DNA from: Octopus vulgaris
Taxonomy: Eukaryota
Reading direction: 5' to 3'
NCBI GenBank assembly: GCA_951406725.2
Contig: OX597817.1
Location: 154,566,001 to 154,630,000 of the forward strand
Length of the DNA: 64,000 bases
Shown here: positions 50,701 through 64,000 of the stretch, piece by piece
Numbering within the stretch: position 1 is the stretch's first letter
How the letters are laid out: each line of letters starts with the position of its first letter
Translations under genes and position numbers: made by a program
Notes under the pieces: model-generated
What the model saw: only the letters and a program-made list of their open reading frames with translations
The model's database searches: none
What the model was told of the DNA's origin: nothing

Positions 50701-51389
50701 GAGATCGCTGTATGTAACAGCAGCTCTGTCCAAAATAACGGAGAAAAAAATCCATTATGGGCGTCACTTTTAGCTTTGCTGTGAGACAGTAGTTGTATGG
50801 AATGAAGAATTTTCCTGGATTTGAAGAATGTAAGCGTATGCATGTTAATATGCTTAGGTTATTACACCTGGAAAAGTACAGAACAAGATTTCTACAGTAG
50901 AATTTGCCTAGTTCGTCACCTTTAAAAGAAACTAAAAAGTACTTAAAACTAAAATCCACGCCAACACCGGTTGTCAAATGGTGATGGAGGCGGGGATAAA
51001 TACAGGCACAAATACAAACACGCATAGATACACGCATACACACGTACACAGACACACACTTAACAAACACGCACATATATATACACATTCAATGGGCTTG
51101 TTTCAGTTTCCGCCTACCAGATCCACACAAAAGGCTTTGGTGGCCCGAGACCATAGAAGACACTTGCCCAAGATGACATGCAGAGGTACTGAGCCTGTAA
51201 CCATGTGGTTGGGAAGTAAGTTTCTTTATTTCATTATATTGGCTTTAAGGCCTTACATAGAGAAAAGAAGCTACGGGCTGGACGTAGACATGTTATATGA
51301 AATGAAAATAAAAATGATGATTAATGGGGGTAAAAACGACGCCCGCCGATCGATTTTTTTCCGAGAACATTGATCTCTTGTATATTTTT

Positions 51390-53100
51390 CATGAGGCAAC
51401 AAAACTCTACACTGTTGACAATATTCAATAACAAAATGAGGTGCTAAGCCTCTTACTTTTCTTTCCAAACTCGGAACTTTCAATAACGCTGAGGCTTTTC
51501 AACTTCTTATCACTATTCCTCCTCAACATTGCTTGTGCCCGCATACTCCGCCATCATCCACGCCTCATTCAAGATCAAAGCGAGTGTCGTGTCGGCATCA
51601 CCCGCGTACAAGCAATATTCCGCATTGAGTACTTTCAGCCTATTCAACATGGGCAACATTATGACCTCCACAGCTATCTGCGGAGGCTATTCGGGATCCT
51701 GTGTGCAGGTTAAAAGTGCTCCCTTATGGTGCATTTCCACCACCTTTTCTACCTCTCTGCTTCTATAGAAGAAGACCAATAATTCGTCTTCCTCCGGGGG
51801 CGTGATATCCAATTCTACCGTTGACGGCACAGTTTTTCTTTATATGGTCAGGCTCCAGGCACCGATGACACCTGGGGGTGGACGACCCTCAAGAATCACC
51901 GGGTACCTGCACCCGGCCATCTTCAAAAAATCTGGAAAAACCAGATTGGCTAATTGGGTCCAAAGGGTCAAAACAAGCTTTTGACCCAACCCAATCAACT
52001 GCAGGAAAAACTTTCACATTAAGGAGCTTGGCTCCGCTGCCACCCAGACCCCAGCAGATAATCTCTATCCACTCGGGTTTTATCCCAGGTGGAAACCCGC
52101 TGACCCAAGCTCTTGTCAACCTCTTCCCACAATACGTGGGAAGAAACAAAATTTCTTTGCCCTCTAAGGCCTGGCTCGCAAATTTGCGAGCCTCTTCAGG
52201 GGTGCCAAATAGCAACCACACCGTTGCGTATTTGACCCCACTGGAAATGAATTTAATAGTTGGTAGATACTCTGCCAACTCCTTTTCAATTACAGTCTTT
52301 TCATAAAGGGCGATGGTATCAAGCGACTTGGAGTAAGTCCTCAACACCACCGTCCTCTCTTTGCGGTCTTTCAACCACTGTTTGGGTGGTATAATTTCCC
52401 ACTCCAAAATATTGTCTTTTTTCATTGCCATGTTTTTTTGGGTTTTTTTTTTTTGTAATAAAAGTTCGAAAATAGTTCAAAATAAAACTTAAAAAGAGAG
52501 AAGAAAAAGGAAAAAAGAAATCAAAAGAAAGTCACAATAAAACAGCAGGAAGAAAAGGAAAACAATTCACGAAAAAAGAAAGTAAAAAAAGTTTAGAAGA
52601 AAGAAAGTCAAGAGTTCAAAAACACAGCAAAAAAATCTTCTGGCCACTAGGTACTCCCGGCCAAGGTCGAACCTGGAACGCTACAACTGGAACACAACTT
52701 CCACAAAAACTGGTATACAAGTCGTTCAATCTTCGGAGGCAAAGACACTCCTCCAATACAGCAATTTTCACAATTATTTTAAAAATTCACAAAAGTGAAC
52801 AAATTTTTAGGAGGCACGATACTCCTCCAAGCAACAATTCTCACAATTAAGTGAGAAAAAAATTTTCACTTAACGTGAACCACTACCTTGGAAGCGGGAT
52901 ACGCCTCCAAACAAAAATTCCCACAATTGAGAAAAAATATTCACTCCACTGCAGGCAGACTAGAGTTTAGAATCCACTGAGGATTTCTTGCTTGTACAAA
53001 AAATTATTACCGCAAACTACAACCTCCACTGGACCCCAAAACAAGAGTCCTACCTTACAATGGAGCTCCAAAATTCTTCTATCCAAGATGGCTTCAAAAG
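51390..53100 (-). mobile_element. Probable L1/Tx1-type LINE 5' end (5'UTR plus a disrupted ORF1)
   Basis: A T-rich leader precedes the ATG at 52431. The RRM-like ORF (LFGTPEEARKFA...FLPTYCGKRLTRAWVSGFPPGI) continues with frameshifts to about 51400. The family assignment is an inference. Confidence 0.5.
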
Positions 53101-53129
53101 CATGTCTTTATATATATGTATATAATTAA

Positions 53130-53587
53130 TATAGGATAAAACTTTTTTCGGAAAAAAAATTTTATCAATGGCCAGCATATCAAAAAATGCCTTTAAAGGT
53201 AAAATTTATACATAATTTACAAGATAAGGGCAGAAGAAAAATTCTAATGCCAGATACGCCGAAACAAAAAATTTGTCGATCACCATTAAATTTATGCGTC
53301 TCGAAACAAACTGATAGAAATCTCTAAAAAATTCGTTATTACCGTATTGGTCCAATTTCGGGGTTAATTCACAAGAAATTTTCCCCTCTTCAGCGGCAAA
53401 CACGCGAGATATAAATGAAATACTTATTCATACCCATGGAAGAAGCAAGCACTAAGTCCTGAGCAGACTTAAGTACCCCAAATATATCAAAAATAGAAAA
53501 ATCTTCTGTGCACCTCAAGACACGTGTGATTCGAACTAGAAACTTTCACAGAGTGATAGAATCCGGATTCTTCTGCCCTTATCTTGT

Positions 53588-53600
<13 letters not shown>
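53130..53600. mobile_element. 'ATAGGATAAAA' family element with a minus-strand hammerhead and short inverted termini
   Basis: Shared leader; ATAATTTACAAGATAAGGGCAGAAGAA is mirrored at 53567-53594; (TA)n flanks. Confidence 0.65.
53339..53399 (-). ncRNA. Hammerhead ribozyme motif (same family as 23922)
   Basis: Minus strand reads TTGCCG-CTGAAGA-GGGG...CCCC-GAA-ATTGG-A-CCAAT-A-CGGTAA. Helices I and III show compensatory changes relative to the 23922 copy. Confidence 0.8.
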
Positions 53601-53624
<24 letters not shown>

Positions 53625-53720
53625 TAAGTCCCCAAAAAGAGCAAACACAAAAAATACAACAACACGAGGACGTGGTACATGTAATGTATTAGCAGACGCT
53701 GAGGAAAGGATAGAAAGATG

Positions 53721-53756
53721 GTTTAACGTTTCAAGCAGACGCTCTTCTTCGGAAAC
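53721..53756 (-). ncRNA. Minimal hammerhead-like motif with a variant core (CCGAAGA)
   Basis: Minus strand reads GTTT-CCGAAGA-A-GAGC-gtct-GCTT-GAAACGTT-AAAC. Confidence 0.55.
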
Positions 53757-53944
53757 AGAGGGAAGTCCAATAGAAGGGAAGACGAAGGAAGAAAATTTCC
53801 AACGATTCACGTGTGGTTGAGGCAAATTGGAAAATGGAGAGAACATACAATCGACATCAGCCAGTAAACATTTAGTTATATCTATTGATTAAATGATTAT
53901 GAACATATGTGCGAGTGATACAAATTATATACATATACATACAT

Positions 53945-53980
<36 letters not shown>

Positions 53981-53988
53981 GTACTGAA

Positions 53989-54906
53989 AGCTTCGAATGT
54001 CCCGTCCGTGCTTTTTGTATCGTCTTCTAAATGTTTTATGTTCTTGTCCCAGTTTGTATTTTTCTACATATAATAATATATATAGCGGCGTCCGTACCCT
54101 CGTTGGCCTTATGTAAGTACATATTCCTATAATTTGGTACGACTCTACACACTGTCTCTCTCTCCTACATTTCTCCGCTTTTCACACTTTGCATTCTACT
54201 CTGATCTGTCCCCTTCTCTCTCTCTCTACTTCTCCTCCTTTTCTCTTTTCTTGCCTCTGATTCTTTGGTCTACTCTTCCCCCACTCTCTCACATTTCTGT
54301 CTTTCTCACTTTGCACTCACAAGCCAATCCTTGGCATGCACTCTTTCTCCCCTCTTTAATTCCTTCTTTCTCTCTCTTCTCCCCTCTTTGTTGCCTTCGT
54401 CCCTCTTTCTCTCTCTCTCTTTGTTTCCTTTGCCCCCTTTCTTTTCTCTCTCTTCCCTCACGTGACCGCTGGTCAAAATCAGCCTTTTGGCCTTCGACCA
54501 CTGCCGTGAGAACATCGTTGTCTTCATCTGCCGATAAAGGCATTTTTTCCAAATACGCCTGCTAAACTTGTACTGTTTATTAGTCGTAAGACACCCGCTG
54601 TTTTTGTCCTGCTTTTACCATTATTGTTTTTTGTATTTATATTCGTGTGGCATCGTCCATTTTTCTGTCCCTGTTTCGTATGCATTCGATCCTTCTTCCA
54701 AGAAATCTAATGCTCGTAGCTTAGTTTTTCCTTGGGGCTGGCCGGATTGGAGCGATCTCAAGATTAATCAGCCGAAATTGCTAGGATGATCCGGTTCTTG
54801 ACTGAAGATTGAAGGCTTCGAATGTCCCGTCCGTATTTTTTGTAACGTCTTCTAAATGTTTTACGTTCTTGTCCCAGTTTGTATTTTTCTACATATAATA
54901 ATATAT
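53989..54906 (+). mobile_element. Direct-repeat-bounded non-coding element between microsatellites (possibly PLE-derived)
   Basis: A repeat of about 90 bp (GCTTCGAATGTCCCGTCCGT...CTACATATAATAATATATA) occurs at 53990-54081 and 54816-54907. Confidence 0.55.
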
Positions 54907-54908
54907 AT

Positions 54909-55225
<317 letters not shown>

Positions 55226-55605
55226 TATATACATATCATTTGTTTCTATATATATATGTGTTTGTGTGTGTGTGCATGTGCGTGTGTGTATCTCTTTATG
55301 CTGTTATTGATTTATTTCATTCATTAATTTGTATCACTCACACATATGTTTATTAATCATTTAATAAATAGATATAATTGAATATTTACTGGCTGATGTT
55401 TGTCAATTGTATACCCTCTCCATTTTCTTATTTGCATTATAAATTCCTGGGTAAATTTCTAATTTACCCCCACCCATATCTAATACTCAATTGCGATATT
55501 GCCATACAATAGTAAGCACTTGGTTATAAATACTTAGATACACATCCAGCAGTATATTGGATATTTGATATCCCTTAGACGGTTTCTTAACCTCTAACTC
55601 ATTCA

Positions 55606-55636
<31 letters not shown>

Positions 55637-55640
<4 letters not shown>

Positions 55641-56990
55641 TTTCTTTGTATCAATCCCAGAACTTTCTTGCCTATATCATAAACTGACTTTTTAAGGGTC
55701 AGCCAATCCTCCCCAATATCTGCAGCATTCATTTCCTCTCGTAAAGTTCTCTCCACACTATTATACCTAAGACGATCAACATTCAGTCTTTTAGGCAGGG
55801 ACATCCCTGCAGCTCGGATTTTATGTTTTGTGACTAATTTCACTTTTGCACGTACTAGGCGGTGATCAGTCCAACACTCAGCTCCACGAAGAATACGAAC
55901 ACACTGCACATCCTGTCTGTCACGCACCCTAACAAGGATGTAATCCAGAATATGCCATTCTTTAGATGCAGGGTGCATCCATGTAGTCATAAACTTATTC
56001 TTTTGTTGAAACAGGGTATTGGTAACACACAGACGCAGCTCCACACACATCTAGCAGCAAAAGCATGCCATTACTATTACACTTCCCCACCCCATGCTTT
56101 CCAATTACAGTCCATGTGTTAAAATCCCTACCCACTCTAGCATTAAAGTCACACAGTATGATGACTTTGTCTGCCCGAGGGATATTTCTTATAATGCTCT
56201 TCAAAGCATGGTAGAAAGAAAGTTTTTCGTCATCAGTATAGCACATAGTTGGAGCATACATACTCACCAAGGTCATATAATTTCCTTTAGCCAAAGGAAT
56301 TCTCATGGACATAAGACGCTCATTAATTCTGATTGGGAATTCTTCCAACTTGTCCACAAGAGAAGTCTTAACAGCAAATGCCACTCCAGCTTCTCCTCTA
56401 AACTCTTCATCTCTCCCTTTCCAAAAGAATGTATATTTTCCACAAGATTCTGTAAGATGACCATCTCCAGGTAATCTCGTCTCAGATAAAGCAACAATGT
56501 CAAGATCATAGCATTGAAGCTCCTTCGCAACAAGTGCAGTCCTTCTTTCAGGACATTCAGAGGACTTGTGGTCAAGCAGCGTCCATACATTCCAACAGCC
56601 AATATTCATCAGTTTCTTTGGTTCTATCACAGTAGCATGATGACGGCCGGGTTCAGACTGTGATGCTCTGGAGCCCCTGCCAGGCCAAACTCTTTCAGCT
56701 GATGTGGTTCTAGAGTCCTTACTGCCATTTATTTTTATACTGTTTTGGTACATCATTGATTTTTGCTTTTTAAGGCTACAGCCAGCCATTCAGTTGAGAC
56801 TCACAGCACTATCAACAATCATGAATTAGGTAATCACTTTAATCAATCCAATGTAGTTATCGTGCAACACCTGTGCAAAAAGATTTTTTTTAAGTGAGGA
56901 AAGGCTGTGCACTGAGTTAATCCCACTCACTAAGCAACAGCAGTCATAATCCGAAAAAAAGAACAAGTCAACATCATTGCTAACCACTGA
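55637..56990 (-). mobile_element. RTE-clade LINE 5' portion (APE endonuclease), frameshifted
   Basis: IGCWNVWTL...PERRTALVAKEL..YDLDIVALSETR, YAPT, DFNARVG, TWMHP..K.WH.LDY and TDHRLV. Confidence 0.9.
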
Positions 56991-59721
56991 GCTGCAGGTT
57001 TTATGTCGGTACTGGCAACGACCACGCTCAAATGGTGCTTTTTATGTGCCACCTGCACAGGAACCCATCCAGTGGCACTGGCAACGACCTTGCTTGAATG
57101 CTTTTTCACGAGCCACCAGCACAAGTGCAAATAAGGCGATGGAGGTAACGACCACACTTGAATGGTGCTTTTTACGTGCCACCAGCACAGAGGCAACTTT
57201 GTTGCTCTGGCAACGATCGCGCTCGTATGGTACTCTTAGCGCTCCACTAGCACGGATTCCAGTAATTGAATTTGATTTCGATTTCAATTTCAGTATATAA
57301 AATGTAAATGTTATTGGCTGGAATTTCTTAAAGCATGTCTTGTTATTGTAAAACATGATTTATAAAGAACATAAAAAGTATGCTCATTGCCCTTCACATG
57401 ACTTTTTATTCTCAGGACAAAGTATTTAATCAGTGAAACTATGAAGAGTACTGAGAAGTAGAATAATAGGCAATACATCCAATAATTAACATCCAACATA
57501 AAATATATTTTTTTCTTGAAAACCTCTGAAGGTTGTCTACACTTGCAAAATAGTAGTTTTCATTTATATTATCAATAAATGATACCTACATGATGTGATG
57601 TTTTGGAAATCATACAAGGCTTAACCTTTTAGAATTCAAACCAGCCATATCTGCCATAACTACTCTACCTGTTTTATGTTCAAACCAGCCAGATGTGGCC
57701 TCTCACACCTATCTTGCAATGTCCTTCTAAAAATAAGCAATTACATCATGAAAATCTCATGGCTACAGAATAATACATGATTAATTCAAAACAATGTGAA
57801 TAAACGAACATTACATTTGACAAGTGGAGGCACATGGGCTAGTGGTTAGAGCAGCGGACATGTGGTTGAGGGATCGCAGGTTCGAATCTCAGACCGGGCA
57901 ATGTGTGTGTTTATGAGTGAAACACCTAAGCTCCATGTGGCTCTGGCAAAAGGTAATGGTGAACTTCTGCTGACTCTTTCATCACAACTTTCTCTCACTC
58001 TTTCCTCCTGCATCTTGCAGCTTGCCTGCGATGGATCAGCATCCTGTCCAGGTGGGGAACCAATATGCCAAGAAAACCTGGAAACCAGGAAACCGGCCCT
58101 ATGAGCCAGGTGTGGCTTGAGAAGGAACAAACAACATTTGACAATCATCATCATCATCATCATTTAGCGTCCGCTTTCCATGCTAGCATGGGTTGGACGG
58201 TTCAACTGGGGTCTGTGAAGCCAGAAGGATGCATCAGGCCCAGTCTGATCTGGCAGTGTTTCTACAGCTGGATGCCCTTCCTAACGCCAACCACTCCGTG
58301 AGTGTAGTGGGTGCTTTTTACATGCCAGGTGCCAGACGGAGCTGGCAAACGGCCACGGACGAATGGCGATTTTTACGTGCCACCGGCACGGGGGCCAGGC
58401 AGAGCTGGCAACGGCCACGAAAGGATGGTGCTTTTTACGTGCCACCGGCACGGGGGCCAAGCTAGGCTGGCAACAGCCATGAACGGATGGTGCTTTTTAC
58501 ATGCCACCGGCATGTGCACATGTAGAATAATAAGGGATTTTGGTATTCTTGATAGAATAAAGTTATTTTAAAGAGATAATTAACTTATTCTGAAATTTGA
58601 TCCTAGCAAAGCATCTCCTTCCCATCTTTGTCACAGCCACCAAATTACCATCTTGCAACTTGGAGGAATGCAAGCACTCCAGGCTTGAAATTAGACCATA
58701 GAATCTTTCAAAAAAAATAATGATTCATAAATATAGTGTGGATGCGCAATGGCACAGTGGTTAGGGCAGTGGGCTCGCAGTCGGGGGAACGAGGTTTCGA
58801 TTCCCAGACCGGGCGTTGTGTGTGTTTATTAAGCAAAAATACCTAAAGTTCCATGAGGCTCCGACAGGGGATGGTGGCGACTCCTGACATACTCTTTCGC
58901 CCCGACTTTCTCTCACTCTTTCTTCCTGTTTCTTGAGTAACGCTGCGATGGACTGGTGTCCCGTCCTGCTGGGGGGAACACATACACCATAGAAACCGTG
59001 AAAACGGGTCCATGAACCTGGCTAAGCTTGAAAAGGGCGCATAAATAAAAAATAAAATAGATATAGGATGTCTGATTAAAATATGGAATGATCGTAGCTG
59101 GAATAGTTTTGAACATAGTATTTCTGGATCAGGTTGACCCAGGGCTAAATAATATCATCATCATCATTATCAGCAGCAAAAAGAAATATATATATATAGT
59201 ATTTTTTAACATGCTTGGATTAGTGAGTGGGTGTGAAAAAATTGCAATACAGGTGTGTGATGTTTACACGCGTACATATACATAAATATATATACATCTA
59301 ATGTAATAGGCACAGGAGTGGCTGTGTGGTAAGTAGCTTGTCTACCAACCACATGGTTGCAGGTTCAGTCCCACTGCGTGGCACCTTGGGCAAGTGTCTT
59401 CTACTATAGCCTCGGGCCGACCTAAGCCTTGTGAGTGGATTTGGTAGACGGAAACTGAAAGAAGCCCGTCGTATATATGTATATATATGTATGCGAGTGT
59501 GTATTTGTGTGTCTGTGTTTGTCCCCTAGCATTGCTTGACAACCGATGCTGGTGTGTTTATGTCCCCGTTACTTAGCGGTTTGGCAAAAGAGACCGATAG
59601 AATAAGTACTGGGCTTACAAAAGAATAAGTCTCGGGGTCGAGTTGCTTGACTAAAGGCGGTGCTCCAGCATGGCCGCAGTCAAATGACTGAAACAGGTAA
59701 AAGAAAGAATAAAAGAAAGAA

Positions 59722-60092
59722 AATAGGATAAAATTTTTTTCGAAAAAAATTATTTTCCCAAAAAAAACTTTATCAATGGCCAGCATATTAAAAAATACCT
59801 TCAAAGGTTAAACTTATAAACAATTCATAAATAAGGGCAAACGAAAAAATTTCTAATGCCAAATATGCCGAAAAATTGGACATGTCCATTAACCATTAAT
59901 TTTTTCACACAATCCGCACACTATCTATATGGTAATAATGGAATTTTTTTAGAAATTTCTGTCGACCTTTTTTCGAGTAGAGTGCAGATTGTGTGAAAAA
60001 ATTAATGGTTAATGGACAACATGTCCAATTTTTCGGCATGTTTGGCATTAGAAATTTTTTCGTTTGCCCTTATTTATGAATTGTTTATAAAT
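59722..60092. mobile_element. 'ATAGGATAAAA' family inverted-repeat element (about 110-bp arms)
   Basis: 59814-59922 is mirrored at 59981-60090; shared leader. Confidence 0.7.
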
Positions 60093-62478
60093 ATATATAC
60101 TCTTTAACTTGTTTCAGTCCGCCTTCAGTCAAGCAAATCAACCCCGGGACTTATTCTTTGAAAGCCCAGTACTTATTCTATCGGTATCTTTTGCCGAACC
60201 GCTAAGTGACGGGGACGTAAACACACCAGCATCGGTTGTCAAGCAATGCTAGGGGGACAAACACAGACACACAAACACACACATGCATATATACATATAT
60301 ACGACGGGCTTCTTTTCAGTTTCCGTCTACCAAATCCACTCACAAGGCTTTGGTCGGCCCGAGGCTATAGTAGAAGACACTTGCCCAAGGTGCCACGCAG
60401 TGGGACTGAACCCAGAACCCTGTGGTTGGTTAGCAAGCTACTTACCACACAGCCACTCCTGCACCCATACATATAAAGATATGTATGTATTTGTGTAGTC
60501 GCACACATCACATACACACTAATCCCAAGAACGTCTTTTTTTTTTTTTATAAATTTAATGCAACAGACAGTCTCGTTATAAACAACTGACTTCGTCTGCT
60601 TAAGAACAAGTTAATTGGCCTTCAGAGCCTTTTCAGAATTAAGGAAGTTGAAGACTAAAGGGCAGATAACTCAAAGTTCCCGCACATGCTGATTTTCATT
60701 ACGGGAAAATATTGCTTCATCGCTCGTCGTAGTTTTGGTGTGTTATGGCTGGAACTTGAACTAAACACTCAAAGAGTAAGTAAATATCATAAAAATACGA
60801 TTCTATTTATTTATTATTATATGTATTATGCTTCTTCTTTCTTTCTTTCTGAACAGTATCCCTTCATCTGAAAGTAGTTACGTAAGCGCCATGCAAGTGA
60901 TACGATGTGATGTGAGGAGCACCTAATTGAAAACTAAAACATTTACAGTGTAGAATAATTATATTAGTAATTTAAAATAGCATCCTTATAGTCAATTTTG
61001 TAATATTTTGTTATTTTATTATCTGTTATAAAGTATCAAGACGTTTCATCGTACATCAATGAACACCAGGTCGTTGAAACTAGGAATTTCCTCTTTTTAT
61101 GATGCAACTGTAAGCTTTTTATGAGTAAGATTAAAATCTAGAAGAATAATTCTTCACAGGCTTTGAATCTTGCGATTTAAAATTAACTTAAACAAAAGTT
61201 GATTACTTTTTGTGTTGGTCTATCCGTCACTTTTCTTGCCAGTTCATCATAGACCTTTGTCATAAAAGTCGAGATACGTCGTAATTCTACGCAGTATTTT
61301 GAAGTGCGTGATGGATCGCTGCCCTTAAGATTAGGGGCTCCTCACATCACAACATTATACCTCATAACTACGATCAATTTATTATATTTTTGTTTAAAAT
61401 GGAGATAATGCTGAACCTATGAGGCTGCTCATGTATTTTTCAATGAAGTTAGTATGATTAAATTATAAAATTGTTGCTGGTTAAGGACTGAAATGGTAGT
61501 GCCCTACTATGTAGTTTCATTCATGTAGCTTAACCTTAGAATCCCTTCGGAGTCAACTTCACCTGAATCACTTTTAGATCGAAACAACTCATGCCATTCA
61601 TGTAAGAGAGTCAGTTACATAAACCTATTAAGATTACGTAAGAATTGCTAAGTCGGGACCTGAGAGGAATGGTCTTCAAACTGAGAGAGAATTAGAGAGA
61701 ATGCGATGTGCTTCATGAAAAAATTAGAAATCATTGTAAAATAGAGGTGTGAAGCCCTTCGGTAGAAGATCAAATTGTTTCTAATGATAAGTTTATGGTG
61801 AAACTAATGGCATTAAGTTTTCCACCAGGGACTAAGTTTGCTCGTCCACAAAATTATAAGTTATTTGTTGAGCTAAATGTAAAAATATTATTTCAGGCCG
61901 AAATCTAGGTTTTATAAATGGTCACTAACTACTCTGAACTTATCTTGGGCGTTGTTTGAAATATAATCTCGCACTTTTCTTCAGCTATCTTATAAAGTGG
62001 CTTTTCCGGGAAAGATCGCTGTGTGTGTGTGTGTATAAACGCAAGCATAGCTGTCTTATTTAAGACGTTCTCATCGCAACCACGTGGTTTCGAGTTCAGT
62101 CCTGCTGCGCGACACCTTGGACAAGTGTCTTTTACACAGTGCCTTGTTAGTGAATTTGAGAGACGAAATCTTCATCATTTAACGTCCATTTTCCATGCTG
62201 GCATGGGTTGGACTATTCGGCTGGAACTGGCATGGCTATAAGCCGCACCTAGGTTCCATGGTCTGTTTGGCATGGTTTCCACAGCTCGATGCCCTTCCTT
62301 ACGTCAACCACTTTACAAGGTGTACTGGTGCTTTTTTTAAAATTTCATGCCACTGGCACTAATGAGATTGCTAAGTAACTTACTAGACTAATATTCCTTT
62401 TCAGCTTTGATCCATTTTTCTGTATTTTATTATTTAATATCTTATTTTTCTGTTTCAAATTTTAGGCACTCACCAGAA

Positions 62479-63856
62479 ATGGCACAGAGAGCCTTACAAC
62501 TGTCTTATAGACATTTTTGGCAACTATTACGTCCTGTGATTGCTCACAAATGCCCTTTCAAATGCAACAGATTTTATTCCAACAGAATATTTCAAAATCG
62601 TATTCTCAGTTTATCATCAATCCTCTTACAAGATGGGCTTGATGTCACAGAATTACCAATATTCATTCGTAAACTGGACCTCAGTAAATTTCCACATGAA
62701 AATGAGAAGAGTGTTACTCAGGTAAAACCAATGACAGCTGAAGAAGAATTCTTCCAAGAAAAATTAGAACAATGCAATAATCTGAAAGAAGTTTTCAAAC
62801 TGTTGGAAGTTCCTTCGGATGTGATCACGGGTTATACTGCAGCATTTGCTTTGCAGAAAATCTGCCATTTTCAGAGGAATGATACTGTTGGTGAAGCTGT
62901 TGATTCCTTCATACAAACAGCAGTAATGAATGAACTATATGAAATGGTGAAAAAAGAAGTAACCACTTTAAGTAACGACACATTATTTTGCCTCATGCGT
63001 TGCATCCTTACATCAGATTACAATATAATGGGATCGACACAGTTCTTGTTTGAAGAGATAGAAAAACGTATTAGTAACAGTAAATTTAGCATTGCAGAAC
63101 TGTGTGAACTGAGTTGCATTGCTTCTTTTCATTCTCAACAGACTCTTATTGAGACCTGTTGGATTCATATTGGAAACCGCTATGATGAGATCGATGCAAG
63201 TAACATCCATTTAGTTTTTCGATGCATTCCTACTTCAAAAAGACCCTTAATGAAACTAATTCGGAAGCAATTCTTTTTGTGTTGGTGGAAACTGAAAGGG
63301 TCAGATGTTGCTAGTATTGTCTTAGACATGCTTCGTTTGAAGATGAATGATATCAAAGTCCTGCAATGTATTGGAAAATGGACCCGTATGAATATACATG
63401 ATTTGAATGATGCTCATTTAACTCAAATTATTGCTGGATTTTTACATTTTCATTATACTGAATCAAGTATTATAAAATCTCTTGAGCGATATATTCCTGC
63501 TAAAATTGCTAAAATTGATTATAACCTGTTGGCTTTAGCAATGGAATATTGTCGAGCTCAACGTTATTTGTCTCCGTTACTATTTGATATTGTAGCAGAA
63601 GACTTTATTAAAAATGGTCAAAATTATTCGTGCCTACAGCTTTATTCTATTCTTCGACCCTATGGACAATTGAATTATTTGCCAACTGAAAGTACCAAGT
63701 TTTTCTTGAAAACAGAAGAAGTTCTTCAATCTAAAATATCAGACTTTACACTTCCAAATATTGTGGAGCTTTTATGTTCTTTTGCATTCTTACAACGATA
63801 TCCTCTCAACTTCTCACATTTCATACTTACACCATCATTTTTGTCCAAGATCAAAA
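62479..63856 (+). CDS. FASTKD3: FAST kinase domain-containing protein 3-like (mitochondrial), large first coding exon; the gene continues beyond the window
   Basis: TTTAG acceptor ends at 62465, ATG at 62479, GTAAGT donor at 63857 (phase 1). The Arg-rich, acid-free N-terminus looks like a mitochondrial presequence. The segment MEYC...L...VAE.F...PYGQLNYLP....F.K.E.VL...LL.S......P.NF follows the FASTKD3 pattern as I recall it. Confidence 0.82.
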
Positions 63857-64000
63857 GTAAGTAATTTCAATTTTACCTTTTATCAATACTTGTTTCAGTC
63901 ATTGAAATGCAGCCATGCTGGGTCACTGCTTTGAAAGGTTTAGTTGAAGAGTGGACTCGAGACAAAACACAACAAAGAATAGTTCTGATGTTAAGCTATC

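Noticed and set aside
62407-62478. N-terminal extension of FASTKD3 from the ORF-track start
   Set aside because: This is mostly the intronic polypyrimidine tract up to the AG at 62465; the real start is probably the ATG at 62479.

Overview
This is AT-rich, microsatellite-dense eukaryotic DNA, most likely an octopus or other coleoid cephalopod (inferred from the SINE/LINE/microsatellite landscape, not verified by search). It contains three host genes. (1) The last two recognisable coding exons (5973-6065, 10214-10836, +) of a TANK/TBKBP1/TAX1BP1-like adaptor with two C-terminal UBZ-type zinc fingers. (2) An apparently complete two-coding-exon gene (32579-32481 joined to 29677-26321, -) for a 1151-aa channel with a TRPV-type core but about 16-18 ankyrin repeats. 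(3) The large first coding exon of a FASTKD3-like mitochondrial protein (62479-63856, +). The rest is mostly tRNA-derived SINEs, RTE and L1/Tx1 LINE pieces, a Tc1 relic, MITEs, small Helitrons and Penelope-like element (PLE) relics. The main hidden structure is about 14 hammerhead ribozyme motifs on both strands, from several unrelated sequence families. Many sit in inverted-repeat or direct-repeat cassettes next to (TA)n microsatellites, which fits PLE terminal repeats or retrozyme-like elements. All calls were made by eye; no alignments or searches were run.
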